This document shows, one piece after another, positions 7,488 to 15,928 of a stretch of DNA of 51,152 nucleotides (positions within the stretch are counted from its first letter, which is position 1; the number at the start of each line of letters is the position of its first letter). Source of the stretch: a virus (Duplodnaviria; Caudoviricetes); IMG/VR virus record IMGVR_UViG_3300021373_000228, positions 1 to 51,152 of that record. The stretch is one strand, 5' to 3'. The position numbers and the translations under genes were made by a program. The notes under the pieces were generated by a model. That model made no database searches. It was given only the letters and a program-made list of their open reading frames with translations, and had not been told where the DNA came from.

Positions 7488-9599
7488 ATGGCAGAACAAG
7501 AAGAAATGTTTGAAACAGATGAAATCGTAGCTGCAGAAGACAGTGAAGATTCTATCTTTGAAAACCAAGCTGGCGTAGTTGGCTTTGTTCAGGATCGCTA
7601 CAAACGAGCAGAAGATGCACGTTTTGCTGATGAAGAGCGCTGGTTACGTGCTTATCGCAACTATCGTGGTATCTACAGTTCTGAGGTTCAGTTCACAGAT
7701 ACAGAGAAATCACGTGTATTTGTAAAAGTAACAAAGACTAAAACTCTAGCAGCATATGGACAAATTGTAGATGTATTATTTGGAAATAATCGGTTTCCTC
7801 TTTCTGTTAACCCCTCTGTTCTACCTGATGGCGTTGCTGAGTCAGTACACATAAACGTAGACCCTAACGCAGCACAGGCAGGGCAACAGCTTAACGCTGT
7901 AACTTCAGATGCCCCAGCGCAGCCATACTTACTAGATGGTACAAAAGGGCAGCTACAACCAGGTGAGACTCTTATTGATCTACAACGCCGCCTAGGACCA
8001 GAGCAGAACAAGCTACAAGCTGTCTCTGATAAGATTGTTGAGGGTGACGGTACTACACCTAGCACAGTGACATTCCATCCTGCTATGGTAGCAGCTAAGA
8101 AGATGGAAAAGAAAATTCACGATCAGCTACAAGAGAGTGGTGCTAATACACATCTACGCTCTATGGCTTTCGAGATGGCTCTTCTAGGCACAGGTGTCAT
8201 GAAGGGTCCGTTTGCTGTAGATAAAGAATATCCTAACTGGAATGAAGAGGGTGAGTATGAGCCTCTCATTAAAACAGTACCAGAGTGTAGCCATGTAAGC
8301 GTATGGGATTTCTATCCAGACCCTGAAGCTAAATCTATGCAAGATGCAGAGTATGTGGTAGAGCGTCACAAGATGTCACGCACACAGCTACGCGCTCTAA
8401 AACAGCGTCCATACTTTATGGATGATGCAGTAGATATGGCTGTAGCCAAAGGACCAGATTATGTACAGAAATCTTGGGAAATGGTTATGGAAGATGATGA
8501 CACACAGCCTACATCTGAGCGCTGGGAAGTGTTGGAGTTTTGGGGTTTTGTAGATGTAGAGCTTCTAGAGCAAGCTGGAGTTAATATTCCTAAAGAGCTA
8601 AAAGACCTAGACGAAGTAAACTGTAACGTTTGGACATGTAACGGTGAAGTACTACGTTTTGTATTAAACCCATTCAAGCCTACACGCATTCCTTATTACG
8701 CAACACCATATGAGCATAACCCATACAGCTTCTTTGGTGTAGGTATTGCAGAGAACATGGATGATACGCAGACATTAATGAATGGTTTTATGCGTATGGC
8801 TATTGACAATGCTGCATTATCTGGTAATCTGATTATCGAAGTAGATGAAACCAACCTTGTACCGGGGCAAGACCTAAGTGTCTATCCTGGCAAGGTTTTT
8901 CGTCGTCAAGGTGGTGCCCCGGGTCAGGCAATCTTTGGTACCAAGTTCCCGAATGTTGCACAAGAAAACATGCAACTCTTTGATAAGGCTAGGGTTTTAG
9001 CTGATGAAAGCACTGGATTCCCTAGCTTTGCTCATGGTCAAACTGGCGTGTCGGGCGTTGGTCGTACAGCTTCAGGTATTAGTATGCTTATGTCTGCTGC
9101 TAACGGTTCTATCCGTACAGTAGTTAAGAATGTAGATGATTATCTGATTCGCCCACTAGGTAAAGCTTTCTTCTCATTTAACATGCAGTTTGATTTTGAT
9201 GAATCACTTCGTGGTGACCTAGAGGTTAATGCATCAGGTACAGAAAGCTTAATGGCTAACGAGGTACGTTCCCAGCGCCTAATGCAATTCTTACAGGTAG
9301 CACAGAATCCAGTTCTTGCACCTTTTGCTAAAATGGATTATATTATCCGTGAGATTGCAAAGAGCATGGACCTTGACCCTGACAAGGTTACTAACTCTAT
9401 GCAGGACGCAGCAATCCAAGCAGAAATACTCAAGGGCTTCCAAGCACCACAACCTACGCCTGAGGCTATGGGACAAGGTGTACAGGGTGTCCAAGATACT
9501 ACTGGTGGCGGCGGCGCACAGATGGGCATAGGTACAGCACCGACACCGGGCGAACAAGGATTTACAGGTAATGAGCAACCTCAAGCCGTTGGTCAATAA
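7488..9599 (+). CDS. Portal protein
   Basis: 703 aa after terL; GTGVMKG, WDFYPDP, FFGVGIAE, RTASGISML motifs. Confidence 0.85.
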   Translation: MAEQEEMFETDEIVAAEDSEDSIFENQAGVVGFVQDRYKRAEDARFADEERWLRAYRNYRGIYSSEVQFTDTEKSRVFVKVTKTKTLAAYGQIVDVLFGNNRFPLSVNPSVLPDGVAESVHINVDPNAAQAGQQLNAVTSDAPAQPYLLDGTKGQLQPGETLIDLQRRLGPEQNKLQAVSDKIVEGDGTTPSTVTFHPAMVAAKKMEKKIHDQLQESGANTHLRSMAFEMALLGTGVMKGPFAVDKEYPNWNEEGEYEPLIKTVPECSHVSVWDFYPDPEAKSMQDAEYVVERHKMSRTQLRALKQRPYFMDDAVDMAVAKGPDYVQKSWEMVMEDDDTQPTSERWEVLEFWGFVDVELLEQAGVNIPKELKDLDEVNCNVWTCNGEVLRFVLNPFKPTRIPYYATPYEHNPYSFFGVGIAENMDDTQTLMNGFMRMAIDNAALSGNLIIEVDETNLVPGQDLSVYPGKVFRRQGGAPGQAIFGTKFPNVAQENMQLFDKARVLADESTGFPSFAHGQTGVSGVGRTASGISMLMSAANGSIRTVVKNVDDYLIRPLGKAFFSFNMQFDFDESLRGDLEVNASGTESLMANEVRSQRLMQFLQVAQNPVLAPFAKMDYIIREIAKSMDLDPDKVTNSMQDAAIQAEILKGFQAPQPTPEAMGQGVQGVQDTTGGGGAQMGIGTAPTPGEQGFTGNEQPQAVGQ

Positions 9600-9774
9600 T
9601 AAAGAACTCTATGAAGCATTTCTTAAACATGTAGATGATTTAATCTACCTACAGCATAAACAAATGGAGCAGGCTACAGAGCCTGTGGTGTTCTACAGAG
9701 CGCAGGGTGCTGTCTCTACTCTGCGTAAGCTAAAGTTACTAAGGGAACAGGTAAACGATGGATCAAAGCCCTAA
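9571..9774 (+). CDS. Small hypothetical protein following the portal
   Basis: YRAQG...LRKLKLLREQV motif; overlaps both neighbours. Confidence 0.7.
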   Translation: MSNLKPLVNNKELYEAFLKHVDDLIYLQHKQMEQATEPVVFYRAQGAVSTLRKLKLLREQVNDGSKP

Positions 9775-12739
9775 GCCTAAACTTCGCCCAAAGCTTCGCT
9801 TATCATACGATGATCTTAAAAAGATTGAACGTGTTGTTAATGAGGAAGCTAAGGGTGAGGGTGTAGAAGGAAGGAACGCTATTCGTGGCGTTATATTCAA
9901 TCGTTTAATGTCAGATAGATTTCCTGACAGTGTAGATGAAGTTCTGTCACCTAGAGAGTTTGAGCCAGTAGGCAAATATGGGTCTATTGATAAAATACCT
10001 GTTAACGAAGATACTCTACTTGAACGCCTCACAGAAATGGCTGACTATATTCAGTATGGTGAGGATGCATCTAAGGGTAGCACTTTCTTCCTTAACAAAA
10101 AGCTAGCCAAGAAACGTAAGACAGATTTTGGTGGTAAGGGTGGTATGACTATTGGTAACCACACTTTTTATAAAAGCTATGAAGGGCAGGAACCTGTAGA
10201 AGATATTAACTTCTCTCACAACATTGAAGTGTCTTATGATGGTTATGATGAAGGTGGTTTTATAGAGGGTTCTAAAAAGCGAAATAGCAGGCGCAGTGAT
10301 CCTAAAGGATTATATAAACAACGTGTAGAAGAATCTGATGCCTATGAAAATATAGCAGGTATGATACCCGGTATAGGTACTGCTATGACCTTTACTGATA
10401 TAGAAAACGAGCTTAAAAAAGAAGAACCTGATTATCTAAAAATAGGTATGCTAGCAGGTACAGAAGCTATAGGGCTTATACCCGGTCTTGGTACTGCTGC
10501 AAAAAGTATGATCCGTAAAGGTGCTGACATGGCAAGGCAAACGGATGAGGTTGTAGAAGTAGCAAGTAATGTACCAAAAGTAACTAAAACTACATATAAT
10601 AATACAGTAAAAGCATACAAGTTATTCACAAAAGGTGAGGACGGAAAGCTTTATCCTTTGTTTGTAGACGCAGACACAGAGGTGCCTTTAGGACAGTACA
10701 TGAAGGCTGTATTTCCAGAATATCGTTTTAAAGCAGAGAACGGTAACTTTTACGTACCTTCGCGTGGTACTGCTGGTAAAAAAGGTACAGGTGACAGTAT
10801 CAAAATACCTGACCAAGAAACAAGAGATATGCTTATTGAGGCAGGTTTCTTACCTAAAGGCTCTAAAGCAAAAACCATTAAAGCTGTTGCTGCAAGACCG
10901 GGTTGGCACGCTGGTGATAATCCTACTGCCGCGCATATTGGTCCAGAAATTAAGATAGACGGTAAAACATACAAGATACGTGGTGAAGATCAAGTATGGG
11001 CTGAAGTAGAAATGCCTGCAGATGTAGATTGGCAAGCTATTGCAGATAGCCGCGCTATTTTAAAAAAAGATGGTACGCCTAACGTAAAAACTGCGCACAT
11101 TACAGATGAACTACCTTTTGGTGGCTACTATCGTTATAAAACCAACCCTAATATGCAAGGTAATTGGCTTATTAGCGGTGACATGAAAGTTAATCGTATT
11201 TTAGATCGTGACGAGGTAAAACGATTAAATGCAGAAGCAGGTGTTGAAGATTTGCCTACAGAGGCAGAATTAAGAGAGCAATTAGGCAACGGCTTTGCCG
11301 CTGGTGGATTAGCAGGAGAAGATATGTACCAAGGTGTTGATGATTACCAGATGGCAGAAATGGGTGCTGGTATGAAAGAAGGTGGCATGATGTTTAAATC
11401 ATCACGCGGCTTAGCAATGAATGAAGGTGGAGAAGTAGGTGAAGCACCTGATACAACAGTCGGTGTAGACCCTGTATCAGGTAACGAGATTCCACTAGGC
11501 TCTACTGCAGAGAATGTACGTGATGACATCCCAGCGCAACTAAGCGAAGGTGAGTATGTTGTACCTGCTGATGTAGTTCGATACTACGGTGTTAAATTCT
11601 TTGAAGACCTACGCACAGAAGCCAAGATGGGCTTTAAACAGATGCAAGAGAATGGTCGCATTGGTGGTGAACCTGTAGGCATGGAAATGGCAGGAGATGA
11701 CCTACCGTTTGACATTTCTGAGTTACAGATGGTTGATGATGGTGAAGAACAACCTATGATGGCTGCAGGTGGCTACATGAAAGCTTATGCACCCGGTGGC
11801 TTTGAAGCATATTCACCTGCTGATTATCAACCCGGTGGCTCTATGGGTACTGGCGGTATTGAAATTGTTAAATATGTACACCCTGATGGACGCGAGATAT
11901 TTGTACAATTCATGAATGGCACCCCTCTAACAATGATTCCAGAAGGTTTTGAAAAAGCAGCAACTGCAGAAGAGCAGGTGGCAGAGGGTGTAACTGAACA
12001 AGTAACTCGTACTAATAATAATGATGATAGTGGACCAAGCACACCTATTGAGGCACCAGAGCCTATTGATTGGTCTAACGAGGCTACAGTAGAAGATTTC
12101 CAAAACTATGCTGATCGTCGTGGTGGGTTTGGTCAAAAAGCCCTTGCTACAGGTGTAGGTATGGTTGCAGGTTTACCCGGCCTTGGTTTAGTAAGATTAG
12201 CACAAAAAATGGAAGACAGTAGAGTTCGTGAAGGTCTTAAAGATCAGATTGAAGCTGCTAATGAAGCAGGTAATACACAAAAGGCTGCTACGCTTCAAAC
12301 CATCCTAGACGGTATGGATAAGCCAAAAGATAAAGAAAAAGATGATGGTAAAGCTATCTTTGGTGGTAAATCTAGTCTTTATGAAGACCTAGAATCTATG
12401 GATGACCCCACTAAACAAGGTGATTTCGGTGATACATGGTTGGGTGATCTACTAGGCTTTGATGATGACGGATTTGGTGTGCAAGGTGATTCACTAGCGG
12501 ATTCACTAGGTGGATCACGTAGAGATGGTAAACCCTCAACCACAACTTCATCAGGTAAAGATGACGATCCATTCGCCAGCATAGTAAAATCAGGTGATGA
12601 TAGTTCTAAAATTGGTACTGATGCAGGTGATGGTATGACATGGGTTAAATCAGAAAACAGTAATGCGCTTACTAGAGTAAGGGATGATGACCCACGTGCA
12701 AAAGGACAAACCGCCGCTATGCAAGGTTGGGATGAATAA
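9758..12739 (+). CDS. Modular putative virion/ejected protein: SleB-like cell-wall hydrolase, pre-toxin-TG-like helices, RPGWH domain, DDIPAQLSEGEYVVPA core, acidic tail
   Basis: EEAKGEG..G..AI..VIFNR....FPDSV...IGNHTFY (Hydrolase_2); AGMIPGIG..GLIPGLG; AYKLF..LYPLFV..RPGWH..WAEVE..YRYKTNPNM. Confidence 0.75.
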   Translation: MDQSPKPKLRPKLRLSYDDLKKIERVVNEEAKGEGVEGRNAIRGVIFNRLMSDRFPDSVDEVLSPREFEPVGKYGSIDKIPVNEDTLLERLTEMADYIQYGEDASKGSTFFLNKKLAKKRKTDFGGKGGMTIGNHTFYKSYEGQEPVEDINFSHNIEVSYDGYDEGGFIEGSKKRNSRRSDPKGLYKQRVEESDAYENIAGMIPGIGTAMTFTDIENELKKEEPDYLKIGMLAGTEAIGLIPGLGTAAKSMIRKGADMARQTDEVVEVASNVPKVTKTTYNNTVKAYKLFTKGEDGKLYPLFVDADTEVPLGQYMKAVFPEYRFKAENGNFYVPSRGTAGKKGTGDSIKIPDQETRDMLIEAGFLPKGSKAKTIKAVAARPGWHAGDNPTAAHIGPEIKIDGKTYKIRGEDQVWAEVEMPADVDWQAIADSRAILKKDGTPNVKTAHITDELPFGGYYRYKTNPNMQGNWLISGDMKVNRILDRDEVKRLNAEAGVEDLPTEAELREQLGNGFAAGGLAGEDMYQGVDDYQMAEMGAGMKEGGMMFKSSRGLAMNEGGEVGEAPDTTVGVDPVSGNEIPLGSTAENVRDDIPAQLSEGEYVVPADVVRYYGVKFFEDLRTEAKMGFKQMQENGRIGGEPVGMEMAGDDLPFDISELQMVDDGEEQPMMAAGGYMKAYAPGGFEAYSPADYQPGGSMGTGGIEIVKYVHPDGREIFVQFMNGTPLTMIPEGFEKAATAEEQVAEGVTEQVTRTNNNDDSGPSTPIEAPEPIDWSNEATVEDFQNYADRRGGFGQKALATGVGMVAGLPGLGLVRLAQKMEDSRVREGLKDQIEAANEAGNTQKAATLQTILDGMDKPKDKEKDDGKAIFGGKSSLYEDLESMDDPTKQGDFGDTWLGDLLGFDDDGFGVQGDSLADSLGGSRRDGKPSTTTSSGKDDDPFASIVKSGDDSSKIGTDAGDGMTWVKSENSNALTRVRDDDPRAKGQTAAMQGWDE

Positions 12740-12812
12740 AGTTGGACCCGATCCTATAATAATATAAGGCTACCCGGTCTACTTGACTGGCCCCACATAA
12801 AGGAGTAAAAAA

Positions 12813-13772
12813 ATGTCGGAAGCCCAAACTATTGATGTAACATCTGCATCACATTTACGTAATATGGCACGTGTTAAGCGTGATGAAGAAGAACTAGAGG
12901 CACTGAAGCGGCAAGCTCGTGGTGAGACTGATGAAGATCAAACCGACGATACACAGAGTGAACCCAGTAGCGAAGACACTGAGGGAGCCGCAGTTCAGGA
13001 TGCGAGTGTATCTGAACAAGAAACAAAAGAGCAAGTTAAAGCAGAAGCACCCAAAGAAGAACCTGAGGGAGATGCTGGATTAAGTGCTGAAGAAAAATCT
13101 TTCAAGAAACGCTATGGCGATCTTCGCAAGCATATGCAAGAGAAAGATGCTGAGTTCAAGGCACAGCTTGAAGAGCTAAATAATAAGCTGGAGCTAGCAA
13201 CTAAGAATGAGCTAGTACTACCAAAGACAGAAACTGAGGTAGAAGCTTGGGCTAAGAAGTACCCAGATGTAGCAGGTATTGTAGAAGCTATTGCAGAAAA
13301 GAAAGCAGCAGAACGTTCTACAGATTTAGACAATCGTTTAAAAGAGATTGAGGAGCTACGTACAAAAGCTAAGCGTGAGAAAGCTGAAGCTGAGCTAGCT
13401 GCACTACATCCTGATTTCTCTGAGATTCGTGCAGATGATGCATTCCATGAATGGGCTAAGACACAGCCTAAAGTGGTTCAGGATGCTCTATATGAGAACA
13501 CAGAGGATGCTAAATCTGTAGCCCGTGTCATTGATTTGTATAAATCAGACAAAGGTATAAAAACTAAGAAGGACAACAGCGCAGATAAAGCTGCAGCCTC
13601 TTCAGTTAAAACTAAAGGTAAACCCACAATTGATCCACAGGACTCTTCACAGTACCTACGTGAATCAGAAGTAGCTAAAATGTCTATTAAAGAGTATGAG
13701 AAGCGTCAGGAAGAAATCCTAAACGCACAACGCTCTGGGAAATTTATTTATGATGTAACAAAAAGAGCTTGA
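12813..13772 (+). CDS. Capsid scaffolding protein (probable)
   Basis: Acidic coiled coil, FKKRYGDLR, HPDF; directly upstream of the capsid gene. Confidence 0.75.
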   Translation: MSEAQTIDVTSASHLRNMARVKRDEEELEALKRQARGETDEDQTDDTQSEPSSEDTEGAAVQDASVSEQETKEQVKAEAPKEEPEGDAGLSAEEKSFKKRYGDLRKHMQEKDAEFKAQLEELNNKLELATKNELVLPKTETEVEAWAKKYPDVAGIVEAIAEKKAAERSTDLDNRLKEIEELRTKAKREKAEAELAALHPDFSEIRADDAFHEWAKTQPKVVQDALYENTEDAKSVARVIDLYKSDKGIKTKKDNSADKAAASSVKTKGKPTIDPQDSSQYLRESEVAKMSIKEYEKRQEEILNAQRSGKFIYDVTKRA

Positions 13773-13797
13773 CACTCTTAACATCCTAGATAAAACT
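13769..13797 (+). promoter_or_regulatory. Putative capsid gene promoter
   Basis: TTGACA-N16-TAAAACT. Confidence 0.6.
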
Positions 13798-13799
13798 AT

Positions 13800-13832
13800 A
13801 GCATATACACAGCATAAAGTGTGTATGCTTTT
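13800..13832 (+). terminator. Hairpin with short U-tract after the scaffold gene
   Basis: AGCATATACAC-agcataaa-GTGTGTATGCT-TTT. Confidence 0.5.
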
Positions 13833-13836
13833 AAAG

Positions 13837-13949
13837 CACTAGCCACACAAAGAACTACCTCAGATGACAGGCCCAGCGCAGAGAAACAGCGCAGTTTCAA
13901 CGCAAGCTGACTACCCTAGATGACGAGCCTCTTTAGTGGATATGTAGTG
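13837..13949 (+). ncRNA. Candidate structured cis-regulatory RNA in the capsid 5' UTR
   Basis: Nested stems and a duplicated ACTACC..AGATGAC..GCC motif. Confidence 0.45.
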
Positions 13950-13985
13950 TCACTTTTCACGCCATATCTATAAGGAGAATTAATT

Positions 13986-15059
13986 ATGGCTATTACTTCC
14001 GCATCAGGAGGTTTTGACGGTAACTGGTCCCCAGTTATTTATTCAAAACAGGCACAGATTGCCCTACGCAAATCTGCTGTCACAAACGCGATTACAAACA
14101 ACTCTTACTTCGGTGAGATTGCAAACCAAGGTGATGTTGTTCGTATTCAGAAAGAACCAGATGTAACTGTTAACGCACTAGAGCGTCACACAGCTATCTC
14201 TGTAGAGAAATTGAACGATGAAGATTTCTCACTAACAATTGACAAAGCTAACTACTTCGCATTCAAAATGGATGACATCGAAGATCAGTTCGCAAACGTT
14301 GATTATGTTAGCCTAGCTGCTGATCGTGCAGCATATAAAATGGCTGACGCGATGGACTCAGACGTTCTATCATACTTGTCAGGCCACACAACTGCAGGTG
14401 CTAAAATCACTGCTACATCTGGTGATGCACAGCACGACACACCAGCTAACCTATCAGGCGAGTTCTTGCTAGCAAACCACCTAGACGCAACTGATTTTGG
14501 TCAGCTAGGTACTGAAGACGGTCAAGATACACCAGTTGCTTATGCAACAGGTGACTCTATCCCTCTAGCACCACGCCTACCAGGTGCAACAGCATTGTCA
14601 GACCTAACAGTGTCTCCTTTGACTGTTGTAGCACGTATGGCTCGTCAAATGGACGTAGCAAACGTTGATGCACGTGGGCGCTGGATCGTTGTTGACCCGG
14701 TATTTGTAGAGATGCTTAAAGACGAAGATTCACGTATGCTTAACGCGGATTTCGGCGGTGCAGGTCTACAAAATGGTTTGGTATTGAATAACCTACACGG
14801 CTTCCGTGTTTATATTTCAAATAACCTACCAGCAGGCGGCACAGGTGCAGGTACTTCAGGTACAACCGCACAAGATTCCAACTTCGGTGTTATCGTTGCA
14901 GGTCAGGATGAAGCGGTTGCTTCTGCTGAGCAAATCAACAAGGTAGAGAACTACCGTGACCCAGATTCATTCGCAGACATTGTTCGCGGTATGCATCTAT
15001 ACGGTCGCAAAATTCTTCGCCCAGAAGCTCTAGTAACAGCACGTTACAACGCAGCTTAA
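13986..15059 (+). CDS. Major capsid protein
   Basis: YFGEIANQGDVVRI, LTIDKANYFAFKMDDIE, FADIVRGMHLYGRKILRPEAL; strong SD AAGGAG. Confidence 0.92.
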   Translation: MAITSASGGFDGNWSPVIYSKQAQIALRKSAVTNAITNNSYFGEIANQGDVVRIQKEPDVTVNALERHTAISVEKLNDEDFSLTIDKANYFAFKMDDIEDQFANVDYVSLAADRAAYKMADAMDSDVLSYLSGHTTAGAKITATSGDAQHDTPANLSGEFLLANHLDATDFGQLGTEDGQDTPVAYATGDSIPLAPRLPGATALSDLTVSPLTVVARMARQMDVANVDARGRWIVVDPVFVEMLKDEDSRMLNADFGGAGLQNGLVLNNLHGFRVYISNNLPAGGTGAGTSGTTAQDSNFGVIVAGQDEAVASAEQINKVENYRDPDSFADIVRGMHLYGRKILRPEALVTARYNAA

Positions 15060-15072
15060 TTAAAGTAAACAG

Positions 15073-15107
15073 AGAGGCTGGCTATATGCTGGCCTCTTTG
15101 TGCTTTT
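15073..15107 (+). terminator. Rho-independent terminator after the capsid gene
   Basis: AGAGGCTGGC-tatat-GCTGGCCTCT-TTGTGCTTTT. Confidence 0.75.
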
Positions 15108-15127
15108 AACCTATAAGGACATTCCCA

Positions 15128-15565
15128 ATGGCAATTACTACGGCAATGTGCAACAGCTTCAAGCAAGAACTACTTGGGGGTGTTCACGATTTAGATACAG
15201 ATTCTTTGAAGATTGCTTTGATTAAAGCATCTCCTACAGGCACATATGATGCCACAACAACTAATTACTCTGATGTTACAGGTAACTCAGATGAAGCTAC
15301 TGGTACTAACTATACAGCAGGTGGTCAAATTTTAGATAACCCTGTTATTACACTCACATCAGGAACAGCTTACGTTGATTTTGCAGATGAAGTTTTCTCT
15401 AACTTGACGATTTCTGCAGATGGTGCTATTCTTTATAATAGTTCAAATGCTAATCGTGCCATCGCAGTATTTGATTTTGGCGGCACAGTAACAGCTACAT
15501 CTGGTGATTTCACAATTGTGTTCCCTACAAACGATCAGAATAACGCGGTGATCCGTATTTCATAA
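15128..15565 (+). CDS. Virion structural protein
   Basis: MAITTAMCNSFKQELL..D.LKIAL..YTAGG..FDFGG motif; follows capsid. Confidence 0.75.
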   Translation: MAITTAMCNSFKQELLGGVHDLDTDSLKIALIKASPTGTYDATTTNYSDVTGNSDEATGTNYTAGGQILDNPVITLTSGTAYVDFADEVFSNLTISADGAILYNSSNANRAIAVFDFGGTVTATSGDFTIVFPTNDQNNAVIRIS

Positions 15566-15567
15566 TT

Positions 15568-15924
15568 ATGGCTCTTATACTTAAAGATAGAGTAAAAGAA
15601 ACTACATCGGTTTCAGGTACAGCGGATGCCGCACTTAACGGTGCGGCTGATACCTATGTTACGTTTAGTTCAGTTATGTCAGATGGTGATACGACATATT
15701 ATACTATCGTTACATTATCTTCAGGTGTAGATGAATGGGAAACAGGTATAGGTACATATGTTTCTTCTACAAACACACTACAAAGAACAACTATATTAAA
15801 CAGTTCTAACTCAAATAATAAAGTAAGTTTTGGTTCTGGTAATAAAGATATATTTCTTACATTACCAGGTGACAAGGTTATACAGCAAGCTGATGTTATT
15901 GCAATAGCAATGGCTCTAGGATAA
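15568..15924 (+). CDS. Virion structural protein (fibre-anchor-like)
   Basis: LKDRVKETT..GT..WETGIGTY..LQRTTIL motif. Confidence 0.7.
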   Translation: MALILKDRVKETTSVSGTADAALNGAADTYVTFSSVMSDGDTTYYTIVTLSSGVDEWETGIGTYVSSTNTLQRTTILNSSNSNNKVSFGSGNKDIFLTLPGDKVIQQADVIAIAMALG

Positions 15925-15928
15925 TAAA

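Noticed and set aside
13850-13950. Hammerhead ribozyme or known riboswitch in the capsid leader
   Set aside because: The core reads CAGATGAC/TAGATGAC rather than CTGATGA, and I recognise no aptamer consensus
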